A stretch of DNA of 64,000 nucleotides from Amoebidium appalachense (taxonomy: Eukaryota; Protista; Ichthyosporea). The stretch's first letter is position 1; the number at the start of each line of letters is the position of its first letter. The DNA lies in the NCBI GenBank assembly GCA_963693365.1, contig CAVNZM010000012.1:2666001-2730000 (forward strand). The letters run 5' to 3'. The notes below the pieces were generated by a model. That model was not told the origin of the DNA and made no database searches. It was given only the letters and a program-made list of their open reading frames with translations. Position numbers and translations under genes: made by a program. This document shows, in pieces, positions 27,236 through 39,948 of the stretch.

Positions 27236-27950
27236 CAGCACTCAACACTCAACCCTCCACCCAAACACGCCCCGACCACTCAGCCCTTTTCTTTTAAGGG
27301 GAAAGAGCAAATACACCAGCACTCAACACTCAACCCTCCACCCAAACACGCCCCGACCACTCAGCCCTTTTCTTTTAAATTGCCGAAAAATATAACCAAA
27401 GAGAAAGACAAAGGAAAACTTAAACAAAAGTTCACAAAACAAACAAGGGGCACGTACGAAGGTTGATAGGCGGGAGCTCAGGGTCATCTCCAAGTTTCCC
27501 TTGAGGCCCAGCAGGGCTGGCACCAGCACAAACAGCACGTCATACTTCTGGAACACATCCCACCGCTGCATAGAGCCACACCGTCAACACCATTACCAAT
27601 GTACCCTTCATTATCACCAAAAAAGAAAAGAAGAAGAAGAAGAAGAAGAAGAAGAAGAAGAAGAACGGCGGAAAAAAAGGCAATAGGAAGAGGAAAAAAA
27701 GGAAGGGAAGAGGAAGAAGAAAGAGGCGACCCTTCTCCTCCTCCCCCCTCCTTATCCCCTCCCCCCCCCCCCCCCTCCCCGCCGCCACAACAAATCGCGC
27801 ACACAACACACATGCGTAAAAGAGAGAGTGAGAAAACAGAAAACAGAGAAGGAACTACAGAAAGAAAGAAACAAGTGACGAGCGAAAGACAATAAAAAAA
27901 AGAGGAAAAAGTTCGGAGATGTATAATAAATCGTTCGGATAGACTACTAG

Positions 27951-27988
<38 letters not shown>

Positions 27989-28517
27989 TGCTTCGTTCTC
28001 TTTTCCCTCGCGCATTGTAACTTGCAGGTGTGAAGCCGCTTGCTGGTTCAATGCACAGCCAATTCGAAAGCATAGAAGCAGGAAGCAGCAGGGAAAACCT
28101 ACGGCGCAACCCACATCACATGCGAGATGCGAGGATGAACACACCACCCACCTGAACTTTGTCAAGGACGATACCGGAGCAGACGAGCCCGATTCCAGCC
28201 AGGAAAGAGAAGGGCATAACCTGTAACATGAAAAGAACGATCAGCAGAGCGTGGCGCCACCAACACTACACTACTCGTGCTGCACATAGAGGTCACAGTT
28301 GCACCTCTTGCGTGCAGGCCACCACTTGCAAACAGGCTGATGTGCTAACGTTTTATTGTGTAATGGTCATGTTCAACGATACTGATGTCCTTGGTGCTTG
28401 AGTAACCCGAAGATGGACCAGAGACAAGGAGGTGTTTGCAATTGGCATAAAGAGAACAGCCCCCTCCCCCCCCTCCCCACCCAGCGCCATCATTTCTCTC
28501 TCTTTCCCACTCTCTCG

Positions 28518-28562
<45 letters not shown>

Positions 28563-29692
28563 CACACACACATGCATGTATGTATATCCCTCTTTCTTTT
28601 TGTGCACACCCAGAGTGTGTGTTTTTGTAACCTTTTTCGGTTTGAGCAACGTTTCCTCGATCAAACCCCTAAGAGATGAGCAAGCAGCCGCACGGTCACG
28701 GTTCCGAACAACGCTCACGGAAGTCAGCATCACCAGACCAAACAAATAAAATCATATTACCTGGCAAAGTAATCGTACCAGGCCCATCCAACCTGTCTCC
28801 TCGACCTCGGCCTCATTGCTCTCTTTGTGACCTCCATGGCCTCCAAGCACTGCTTTCTTGGCCTTGCCATTACTTAAAAGTGGCTGCGACTCAAGCAGGG
28901 CAGATTCAACATCTGCAACTGGAAAGTGAACGAACCAAAGTGTAAGGTCACAGGTGACAACGGGTTATAAATCCCCAAACAAAGAAAGTGAAAAGCATGA
29001 GGAGAAAACGTGGGGTAAACCCTCTCCTCCTCCCTCCCTCCCTCCCCCCCCCCCCCCCCCCCCCTTACCAGCCCCCTCCAACACACAAACCCCTTTCCAC
29101 ACACCCCTGCCTGCACCGTTTATTGCAGCTGAGCACGCAGGAGGGGGAGAGGGGGAGGGGGATGCCTTTATCTATTTCTTACCCTCTCACACGTGCGTAA
29201 AAAATGAAGAACGATTTTGCATAAGTTCTTGATCAAATGCAGTGGTTACGTGAGGAGGTTGGAAACACCTCAAAACTATGCTCTTGCAACACCCGTGGGA
29301 AGGGGCAAGGGGAGAGGGGGAGAGGAACTACTAAAAAGAACAGCAGTAAAGGTAAGAAAAGTAGTTGTGTCAACTCTGTGTATGCTGCAAAAGCATGACA
29401 CATAACTCTCCTTGCATCGACTGTGAACAATCCCGGACAACAATTAATTCGCTGAAAACCTGATGTGCCCAACATAATTCCTTACAGAGTTATCGCTCTG
29501 ATGCTGTGGCCATTCCTTTGTTTCAATTTTAAGATTAGAACTTTTTCTCCCCCAAAGCAGCTAAGTTTATTTTAGGCACGAAAAAAACTTACGCGACTCC
29601 CTGCTGCTGTTTGAGTTGTCAACATTGATGAAACCATTGGAGTCCTCAAGACCCGTTCCATAGCCCCGCCGTGTGCCGTCTCCAGCCGTCAT
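22269..29692 (-). CDS. SLC41A: SLC41/MgtE-family Mg2+ transporter, about 12 exons
   Basis: Exons give [74 protein letters not shown] and [19 protein letters not shown] (two MgtE repeats). ATG at 29692, TAG at 22271-22269, GT-AG junctions in frame. Confidence 0.92.
27230..27378. repeat. 68-bp direct repeat (period 81) in an SLC41 intron
   Basis: ATACACCAGCACTCAACACTCAACCC...CTTTTAA at 27230-27297 and 27311-27378. Confidence 0.9.
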
Positions 29693-30643
29693 GACTAGGC
29701 GTCTACAAAGTAAGCAATTTTTTAGGAACGTAGGTGGTATGCCCTAGGAATATTTCAGTAAGCTTTGCCAAATTTCGCCCTGCTATTGGAAAGTCATTCT
29801 CGGCAATAAGTCGGGTTTCCCTCGGTGAACTGAACTGATGTTTTTAGTTAGAAGATTCCACTCAGGGAGAGGCAGAGACTGGTACTTGGCCAGTTTTTCT
29901 TGCAAAGGCGCGACAATTGAGCGTAGCTATATTTTGATTCACAAAAGGTTCTTGCTAACAACATAGGAGATAATGAACAACACAAGCTATGATGTTACGA
30001 AATGCACAAAACGCCATCATAGCTCGTGAGTCGGTGTTGTGCAAGAGTACATGGCCGCATCTGTGCGTTCGACAAAATAGCACAAAGAGGCATTTCAAAC
30101 CCTGTGGATTATCTGATTCATTCTTTCTTTGTAGATAGCGGGTTATCAGCAAATTTATCTTATATTCCCGTACTAGCCATAATATGGGGTTCTACACATA
30201 TTTTCACAACCTAATATGGGCTTAAGTAGTTTGGGAAGAACCAAAACATGCACATTCCTATCAGCGAATCCTAAAGGAGAGCGTATGATCATCAGCTGAC
30301 TTCTATAATTACAAATCCCCCCAAACTCCCATTTACGAGTGCATATACGCAACATCTGGTTTTCCTTCCCGTCCCTAAGTATCCAAGCATTGACAAGCAA
30401 AATAGAGCTCTGATACAAACGTAGGACTTTTTTCTATTCACATGGCACAAAGTTTGTAAACGGGGTCGCCTTTAGTACGCAGTATACTACGCATTACCAC
30501 GCATGTCCGATGTACATCCAACTCCCCGAAATTATCTTGGGGATATTCCCAATTAGACTCCCGGCCTATTTTGATTGGTGAATAAAAGACTTAACCAATC
30601 GTAACCCTCATTCGGCGATTGCGCAGGCTGCAGCGGCTGCAGC

Positions 30644-30848
30644 CAGCTGTGAAATAAGAAATTAGGGGGTTTAGGGCCAGAAAATTGTCCCTGAAAGTCC
30701 GAAAAATGTCCCTAACTTTTCGAGGTTAGGTCCAATTCTGAAAATTAAAAAAATGGCAACTAAAAACGGTTGTTGGCTCTATTGGGGCCGTCCAGGCTGG
30801 TGGAAAGCTGCCAAAATGGCACTAGTCAAAAACAAATTTCACACCCTG
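30644..30848. mobile_element. 205-bp MITE with 8-bp TSD (hAT-like)
   Basis: Imperfect TIRs CAGCTGTGAAAT and ATTTCACACCCTG, flanked by GCTGCAGC at 30636-30643 and 30849-30856. Confidence 0.75.
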
Positions 30849-30897
30849 GCTGCAGCGCCGGCAGCGGCAACTGGGCGGCGGCGCCGCGCGCTTTTTT

Positions 30898-30932
30898 GTC
30901 CCACCCACGGCCATCTAGAGACTAGTCCCACC
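30898..30932. mobile_element. Second footprint of the same TIR family: one 17-nt end + 2 nt between 8-bp target duplications
   Basis: GTCCCACC | CACGGCCATCTAGAGAC TA | GTCCCACC. Confidence 0.7.
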
Positions 30933-31501
30933 ATCTCTCCACTGCAATGCCATTGCGTTGACACATACCTACTGTATGTAAGGCGCCTAATTAGTGAGAA
31001 AATATTTTATATTATCACAAATAACATTAGAATCTTGTATCATATCTAAAGCGTGCATAGAAAATGGGTGTATTCGCTGGCCTGTAAGTTCTAGGCCTGT
31101 GTCAACGTGGACCATATATCTCGTGTTATTGGATGTATATCAGCTATCCTCATGTCTGATCCGTTTAAACCAATCCGATCTCGCTGTCGGCGGTCGCATA
31201 CTGCTTTCAAAACAAAAGGTCGACAGTTGAAAGGGGAAAGCCTCTCGGGCGCACGAACGGTTGTCGTCCGCTGAACCATGCGTGCACGTGGAGCTGGTGC
31301 ACGTCTTAAATGTTATGTTTTTGACACGTGTTTGAATTTTGCTCATAGTCACACACACACCTCTCTCTCTCTCTCAGCCTCTCTCTCTCCCTCTCTCTCT
31401 CTCTGTCTCTCTCTCTCTCTCTCGCTCTCAGCCTCTCTCTCAGCCTCTCTCTGTCCCTCTCTCTCTCTCTGTCTCTCATTCTCTTTCTCTCTCGCTCTCA
31501 G

Positions 31502-31553
<52 letters not shown>

Positions 31554-31576
31554 CCCCCCCCCCTCCCAACCTCTCG

Positions 31577-31617
<41 letters not shown>

Positions 31618-31675
31618 CCCCCCCCCCCCTTCCCCCCCCCCCCCCCCCCCTCTCTGTCGCTCTCCCTCCCTCTCC

Positions 31676-31758
<83 letters not shown>

Positions 31759-31839
31759 CTCACTCTCGCTCTCTCTCTCCCTTTCTCCATGTGTCGCATG
31801 CTCTCTCTGTAGATCGCTAGATCTCTAGATCTCTGTCAG

Positions 31840-31884
<45 letters not shown>

Positions 31885-32797
31885 CCCCCCCCCCCCTCCC
31901 CTCGCCCAAACACACACACACACGCACACACACGCACGCACACTCAATATAAGGCTGGGGAAAAGGCAATGACAACGTCGTTTCATTTCCGTGCCCGGCC
32001 AGGCAGCCAGACACCACCTTTGATTATTTAACTTCGCAGTCACTGTTGGCATCCCCATTACCCAAACTCCACTTGAACCAGCTCCTAGGGATCATGAGTG
32101 GCGTGGCCACGTCCCACGTGCATAGTTTGCTTAGCCGTTAGTAATACTGAGTGTGTGGTAGTCATCATCGGCAAAATGGCTCTGCTTTTACAAATTAAAT
32201 GGAGGCTAAGGAGGGGAAAGGGCCAGCACCGAAACCCCTGCTGAGCATGCATCGATCGAGTGCGGAGAAGCACCCAGTGCCGACCAGGCACATGTAGCCT
32301 GGACACATCATGATTATTGCCAAGCATTTCAATATCGCCGAGTAGTAATGAGCTGCCCCGAGGCGTAATTTTAAATCTTTTACACCGGCTGCTTATCATT
32401 GAAGTGGCATGTGCACGTACACACACACACGAGCTTTTTTCTTATCACCGTGCTGCTGCACCTGCTCTTTTTTATTATAATCAGCGTCATTCGTAAAAGC
32501 ACAGTAGTCAGGAATGGAGGTGCTGCAAGGGTGATGATTTGCAAGCGCTCTAATACGACTGATAAATTGACCTCCATCTAACCTTTTGAAAACCAGTGTG
32601 TAGTCATTGCGATTCCAAATCAGAAAAGGAGTTTCGTAAAACAGGCACAGTATATATGACTATTATAGTGATAACGACACTTTCGTACTTCTTTCTCAAC
32701 TAGGGTTCCCAACTGCAACCATACAACAAACACCTACACCTGCCAGTTGGTTTGCAAGTGGGGATCTGCCAGGGAAGAGGTAGGCTATGTCGAAGTT

Positions 32798-33136
32798 TCA
32801 GTTGTAGTAGGCAGGTTTCTTGATGTTGATGCCTTGCTGGCTCAGCGCATACGTCAGGTCCTCCATGGTCAGAACGTATTTTTTGTCCTGAAAAATACAG
32901 AAAATAAGATGTCAGTCACTACCAGGTTTAGGAGTTTCAAAACTAAAAAGGAAAAAAGGGCAAGAAAACAAGAAAGAAAACAAAGGTATAATTGATGCAT
33001 CGCGAACTTTTATGTGCCACACAGAATTGCAAAAGGCGCAGTTAACCCGGCCAACGCTCAAACAAACTGCCACAAAGAACACACAGACATTTGGAGGGAG
33101 AAAATATTAACAAAAGGAAAAGGGCGGGGAGGGGCG

Positions 33137-33182
<46 letters not shown>

Positions 33183-33546
33183 CTCTCCCATTGGACGGTT
33201 AGAAATATGAAGGAGGCATCAAAAGACGAAACACATTAAAATATTAATCCCCAAAACAAGGAACTTCGGAAACAAATAAAAATCAGAGACAAAGAAGAAG
33301 AAGAAGAAGGAAAAAAGTGTGTGGGTGCCGTGTGTGTTTGTGTGTGTGTGTGTGGGGGGGGGGGGGGGAGGGGGGAGGGGAGGGGGGGGGGGGGGGGGGG
33401 AGGGGGGGGGGGTCTCTTATTGAGTGGTCAACACGGAGAGAGTTCGTGAGATTTGCTCAGAAGGGCAGTAACCTGTCAAATCCTGACGACGGGAAAACAG
33501 CAGAAGTAGTTGTGACGAACAGCAAGGGGAATGGGAAACCAGTAAG

Positions 33547-33589
<43 letters not shown>

Positions 33590-33656
33590 TATGAAACTGC
33601 GCACACATGCCTGTTATGGTGATAACGGGGACGGGAGGGGAGGGAGATCGGGGAGT

Positions 33657-33693
<37 letters not shown>

Positions 33694-33838
33694 CAGAGAA
33701 TGTGTTTCAGAGTACAAAACACAAATTCACGACGGACAACAGCTCAGGGGTGTGGAGGAGGGGGGGGGGGGGGGGGGGTTTGGTGGCGGCAGCGGTGGTG
33801 GTGGTATGGGGCGGAAGGAGGGGGGGGGGGGGGGGGGG

Positions 33839-33877
<39 letters not shown>

Positions 33878-35123
33878 TTTTGTTCATACCTTTGGCAGGG
33901 GTTTCTTTGTCTGCTGCTGCATGACTGCTTGGTTCTTCTTCTGCTGCTGGAGGGCCTCGTTTGCTATGTCTGCAATGAACTTCTGTGCTGCAAGGGACAC
34001 CATCCGCACACTGCTTACAGAGTCAGCATTCGATGGAGATATCCATCCCCCCCCCCCCCCCCCCCCTCACCCGGAGACCACAAACATACACAACAGGCAG
34101 ACGCACCCCCCCCCCCCCCCCCCCCCCCCACACACACACATACAAAAAAAAAGGCACACGTGGGCACCCGCCCACACACACACACACACACAACTGCCAG
34201 CATCGCCCAACCACATTTCCCCCAAACCTCTTCTTTGCCTCCCCAGCTGCTGGTCCCTTCTCAAAAACTATCCCCCCCCCCTCCCCCCAACACACACACA
34301 CACACACAACACACCCACCCACCCACCCACCCACCGCCACCATCACCACCAGGCACCCAAGACGCAACAGCACAATGAACAAACCAGGGCGCCAATACTG
34401 AACCACACAACACATACCTAGCGGAAACACGAATGTCAATGGCGGGTATCAAAGAGAACAAAAGACGACACAGTGGTTATGTTATGGAGTTGATCAGGCA
34501 AAAACATTTGCAACAAACCGGATTGTTCAGCCTTGTACAAGAGGTGCACAATGGACATCGCGCAGTTTTCAGCCCTTTGCAAAATCACTCGCTCCACATT
34601 TTCTACCTTTTGTATGCTTCACACATGTTGTAGCCAAAAAAAAAAAAACAAATTGAGCAGAAGAGCTTATATAGATATAAGCCGTTGTGTCTGCTTGCCC
34701 GTAATACAGAAATGTTCACTGTGTTTATGTATAAGGTATACATGTTATACCTACAAACGATATATTAACTTACACTTTCTCGTCCGGGCAGTCAAAGCCA
34801 GCACGCTTAAGATAGTAGCTGGTCACAGCATCTGGTATCTGAGGCAATGAAAGTTCATCGAATGAGTTTTCTGCCTGCAGCTAGGCAAAACCCAGGCCGG
34901 TGCTCATTGCATATCATATCTTGTACATAGAAACATTCGTGTGCACACACACGTAGCATGTGTACCCCCCCCCCCCCCCCCCCCCCCCCTTCCTCAACCC
35001 CATCCCCCCCCCCCCCCCCCCCTTTCCCACCTCCGCCCAATTGACCCACAAATAAAAAAAATAGAATGCAAGCGTGCGAGCACGCATGCATGCATGCACG
35101 CACGCATCACCCACGCACACGCG

Positions 35124-35155
<32 letters not shown>

Positions 35156-35364
35156 CACACATGCGCACACAACCGCACGCATGCATGCACGCACACACAC
35201 ACAAAAACATAAACCCCTCCCTCCCCCCCCCCCCCCCCCCCCCCCCCACGAGAAAAAAAAAAAAAAAAAAAAAAAAAAACAGCAAAAAAGACTGCACGAC
35301 CCTTTTTACCCACCGAGTGCCACATTTGAAAGCCGCAACATGTCAAGATATCCGTCACCACAAA

Positions 35365-35423
<59 letters not shown>

Positions 35424-36631
35424 CAAAAAAAAAAAAAAAAAAAACCACCACCACCCTTTTCCCCCATAAAACAACCTCCCCCCCCCCCCCAAACACATAC
35501 ACACAGACTCAAGCACACCACCACGGACACCCCCCCTCCCCTCTCACCCTTAAAAAAAAATATAAAAAAAATACATTCACTCTCACCCACCCACAAACCC
35601 ACGGTGCCCCGTTAGCACACACGTACCTAGCCACACCTGCATGCCCTCAAACGCCCAGTGAGCGAGGGAGGGGAGAAGGGGCGAGTGAGGGATGGGGAAG
35701 GATGTACAGGGGAAATAAAAGGAATGCTCTCATACCCCTTGCCCCCCTCATCTGCCCCCCCCCCCCCCCCCCCCATCCCCGAAACCCCCACACGCAATAC
35801 ATTCAGAGAGTGAAAGGGGTACCGTATCACCAAACAAGCATACACATGGCCGTTTGTGCATGCCTGCATATATACAAGTACACCCATACAGCAGCCTCCA
35901 CCACCTCCTCACCCCACTCCCCCCCCCCCCCCCCCCCCCATGCCTGAACAACCACCAGTCCAATCCTCCTCCTCCTCCCTCTGCCTCCCCCCTCCCCCCT
36001 CCCCCTTACTCTCTCTCTCTCTCTCCCCCCCCCCCCCCCCCCCCCCCCGCCTTTTCCGTGCCCCCCCCTCCCCTCCCCCTTCCCCAAATCCCATCCAACC
36101 ATTCACAGACAACATACCGCGGGAGTGTAGTCCTCCATCTGAGCAAGGAAGTGAGCAAGGGCCCTCTGCTCTGCCAGCTCCTCCCTCTCCATAACCCCCA
36201 TGGTGTCCACATCCGGCGCCTTATCCCCTGCACACACATAACATCCGAGGTTAGAAACATGCACCTATCTACTTTTGCACAAAATCTTTTTGAGGGATTG
36301 CGAAGTTGGGCCCCATTCGTCACGGATTATTTTTGTGCCGGCACCTGATTATGATATTGCTCTATATCATGCGCATGTGCAGGAAAGAAAGAGGAACGGG
36401 GCAGAAATTTCGCTTTTTTTTAGGCAGGAAAGGGGGGAGGGAGGGGGGAGAGGGGGGAGGGAAGGTGACAAAGGGTGGTAGGCAGAGGCAAGCACCTTTA
36501 GCACAAGACACGAGAGAAAGAGAATGTGAGTGTCGGGGTCGTGTTGTTGTTGCATGGTAGCGGTGGTGGTAGTGGTGTGTATTCGTGTGAGTGCTTGTGC
36601 GTGCGTGGCTATGTGCTTGTTTGTTTATGTA

Positions 36632-36674
<43 letters not shown>

Positions 36675-37120
36675 ATGCGTGCGTGTGTGTGTATGTGTGT
36701 GTGCAAATCCCTGCAACGGGCCTACCGAGTTGCTCGGTGTAAGGCTGAAATAGAGAGCAGAGGTGCCAGAAAGGTGCACGAAGATGGTGGGAAAGTGAGA
36801 GATGATGTGTGGCTAATAGGCCCGGCGGGGACGCGTGGACGTTGGGGGGGGGGGGGGGGGGGGAGGGGGGGGGAGAGAGGGGGGAGGGGAAGGGGACGGA
36901 GTTAGAGGGGAAGGGGGGGGGGGGGGTAAGAGGGGGGGCGGGAAGAGGGGAGGGAAAGAAAGTAAGGCGGGGGCGGAGACGGGGGGTGGGGGAGGGGGAT
37001 GGTTAGTGGGGGCCCGGGGGGGAGGGGGTCTGGGACGTGGAGGAGTAAGGAGAGAGAAGGACAGGAGAAGGGAGAGAAGGAGGGAAAGACATCGAGAGGG
37101 AGGGAGAGTGTGTGTGTGTG

Positions 37121-37179
<59 letters not shown>

Positions 37180-38360
37180 CGAGCAAGAGTGTGTGAGAGA
37201 CCGAGAGCGAGAGAGAGATGAAGGGTGGGTTAGGGGATGCGGGTGTTGACGTGTCTATAAACCGACAAACCAAGCGACAGGGCAGCAAAAAAGACAGCTT
37301 GAAAGGGAGACAGCGGAGAAATGTCCAAGAAAGGGCCGTAAGAAAAACAATTCAAAGCCCTCCGCACAAACAGGCATGCACCCCCCGAGGGAAATGTGTG
37401 TATGAGGCTGAGAGGGAACAGAAATGACGTACCGACGAGACGGACACGGGGACATCAAGCAAAAACGTCAGAAAAGCGGGTGACCAAGTGTGCGCGGGAA
37501 AAGGAGGAAGCGGGAGGAAAGGGCAAGAGAAAGGCCAGGCGACGAATCGGGGGATATTTGGGATAACGGTCCCCCCGGGGAGAGGAGGGGGGGGGGGGGG
37601 GGGGGGGGGGGAGAGGGGGGGGAGTATGGGTGCCGAAAAATGCGCTTGCTGCTTCCTCCCTTCTTCGAAAAGCCTAGTTTCTTCCTTCTCTCCCAATCCA
37701 TACCCACTCATTCAAAGATGATTCCGAAATGTGTTTGGCCCGTGCTCGCGCCGCTCATTACTGCCAAACAAAAATGCCAGCACTAGACCACAACCTCTCC
37801 CCTCGCTCACCTTTTCCACACCAACCTATATCCCAAATTCGTTCTTTGCTAACCAAACCCAAACTCACAAGCCTACATCTCCGCACACTCCAGTTGTTCA
37901 CACCAGCCCCCCCTCCCCCTTCCCCCCTCATTCGTTCCCCCCTCCCCTCCCCCCTCCCCCTCCCCCAACCCCCTCCTCCCAACCACATCCCCCATGTTAT
38001 CTTACCAGACCCACTCTACGTGTGCCGTAGCATATATCACGGCCGGCACAAAGCATCAAAGTACAAGATACCTCATGTCACCCGAATGCCATGTTTGTTA
38101 TATAAGTTGGTGCTTGTGCTTGAGCGTATTTGTTTGTCTGCGTGGGTGACGATGCGTGTGTGCGCATGTGCGTATCTCTGCACGTGACTGCGTGTATGCG
38201 TGCGGCTATCTAATCCTTTTAGACATGTAACGGTAAGCATGCAAGATAATTTCTTGCCTATCACCACACCCGTCCACAATGTCTCCCAACCAAGCCGCAC
38301 AAGGAGCACCCCGGGGAAGCACCACACACCTTGGACTGGTGTGCGTCCTGTGCCGTCCAT
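32798..38360 (-). CDS. TAF10: Transcription initiation factor TFIID subunit 10, 5 exons
   Basis: Exons 38360-38330, 36227-36118, 34838-34774, 34010-33890 and 32887-32798 splice in frame to ...FLAQMEDYTPAIPDAVTSYYLKRAGFDCPDEKVVRMVSLAAQKFIADIANEALQ...KYVLTMEDLTYALSQQGINIKKPAYYN. Confidence 0.95.
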
Positions 38361-39948
38361 GGCTGCAGCTTTGCCTCAAAACAACACAGCGCACAGAAAG
38401 AGAGCGGTAGCAAAAGAACGGTATATCGTCGACAACCCCGTCACAGTAACAACGGTGTCAGCTACAACTGAGAGCTAACTACATATTGTAGTTCACTCCA
38501 CTCAAATTTACAAGCTTCTTGAAGGCCTTTTGTCGTCACGCCCATTGTAGCTTTTGCGGTGTTGCTATTTTTGGTTATTATTGGCGCCGCGGTTTGAAAT
38601 TTTTTGAAATTTCGCTGACTCACGCCAGTTCGCTGAGCTACTCTACAATGAGCGCATGCCCAAGTTCTCGCTTCAGCCTCCAGAACATGGTGAAGATTCT
38701 GTTTACACGCAGATGTTCTGGCTCTGCAACACGAAAAACAACATGGATACTTTCCGTTATTCTGCCCCGCATACGCATAAATACCACAAGGACGACCGTA
38801 GTGCCACAAACCTTGTCATACAGGTCATCATCACCTCTGCCTATGTATCTCCTGCCAACCAAACACACAGGCCTTATCCGTTTACCCCTTCGTTTTACTT
38901 CTGTAGCTCCCCCAGCCCCCCTCCCCTCCCCCCCCTCCCCGCCTCGGCACCACCATCCCAGCTGCGTCCACCTCATCCCTTGGGCCCTCCCAACACCACC
39001 CTCTTTCCCCCAACCCCCGCACGTACGCGTCCCTCCTCCCCTCCACCGGTGTCCTCCGTTCCGTCATCTTTTCCCCCTGTGTCGTATTTATCTAAGAACA
39101 CAATGCACACCTTTCCCGTACACGTAGCCAAAGCTTGAAGTGATACCACAACTTGCCACACCACCCATCCTCTCCTAGCCAGCCTCGCTCCCCCCCCCCC
39201 CCCTCCCCCCTTCCCCCCCAAACCCACCCATCCCCTTTCTAAAACACTTTCCTCCTCTCTTTCCTCCCCTTTTCATTTTCCCGGAGCCCTTTATAACCCT
39301 CAACATCCGGCACATCCTCGACTCATCAACTTAACTCTACACGCAGCACCGCAACAGTCAATTGAGAAGTGTACCGTAACGGTTAGTCGAAAGATATCCT
39401 GAGGCTTTCACACCCTTCATATGCACCTTGTTGAATGCCTCCGTCGATTATACAAGCTGAACAGCCTTTAGAGTACAAACTGATTTGGCTCAGGTCAGCA
39501 AACGTGCTCGCAGGCGCGAAGGGGGGGGGTGTCTTAGGCCATGCAACCGAGAGATGGACGTCCGGGAGGCATCAATTTTTTACACAGCGCTTCTTCTCGG
39601 AAGAGTCACGTGCGAGCTCTCGCGAGGGGAAGGCCAGCACCCGATCTGTGTGGAACGGCCTGGCACGGCAATGTAGGCCTACTGTAGACTCCAAGTTTTT
39701 GGCGAGACTCGTGCAGTGCAGTTCAAGCCCGTGCAGTTTCGCGCCTTTCTTTCCAAACAGCTTAATTAAGCTAGCTTTAGTTACTGTTGATTGGGCAATA
39801 AGTTTGATTGGCTGCTCTTTTCGTACTTTGATCATGTGTGAAGAGTCAACTTGCCATGACGCAGTTTAGTTTTCACAGCTGTTGTCTTCAGTCTTTTCTT
39901 CGTTCCTAGAAAGTCACCAAATACGGGGTTGGGTAAGTTTGGTGCAGG

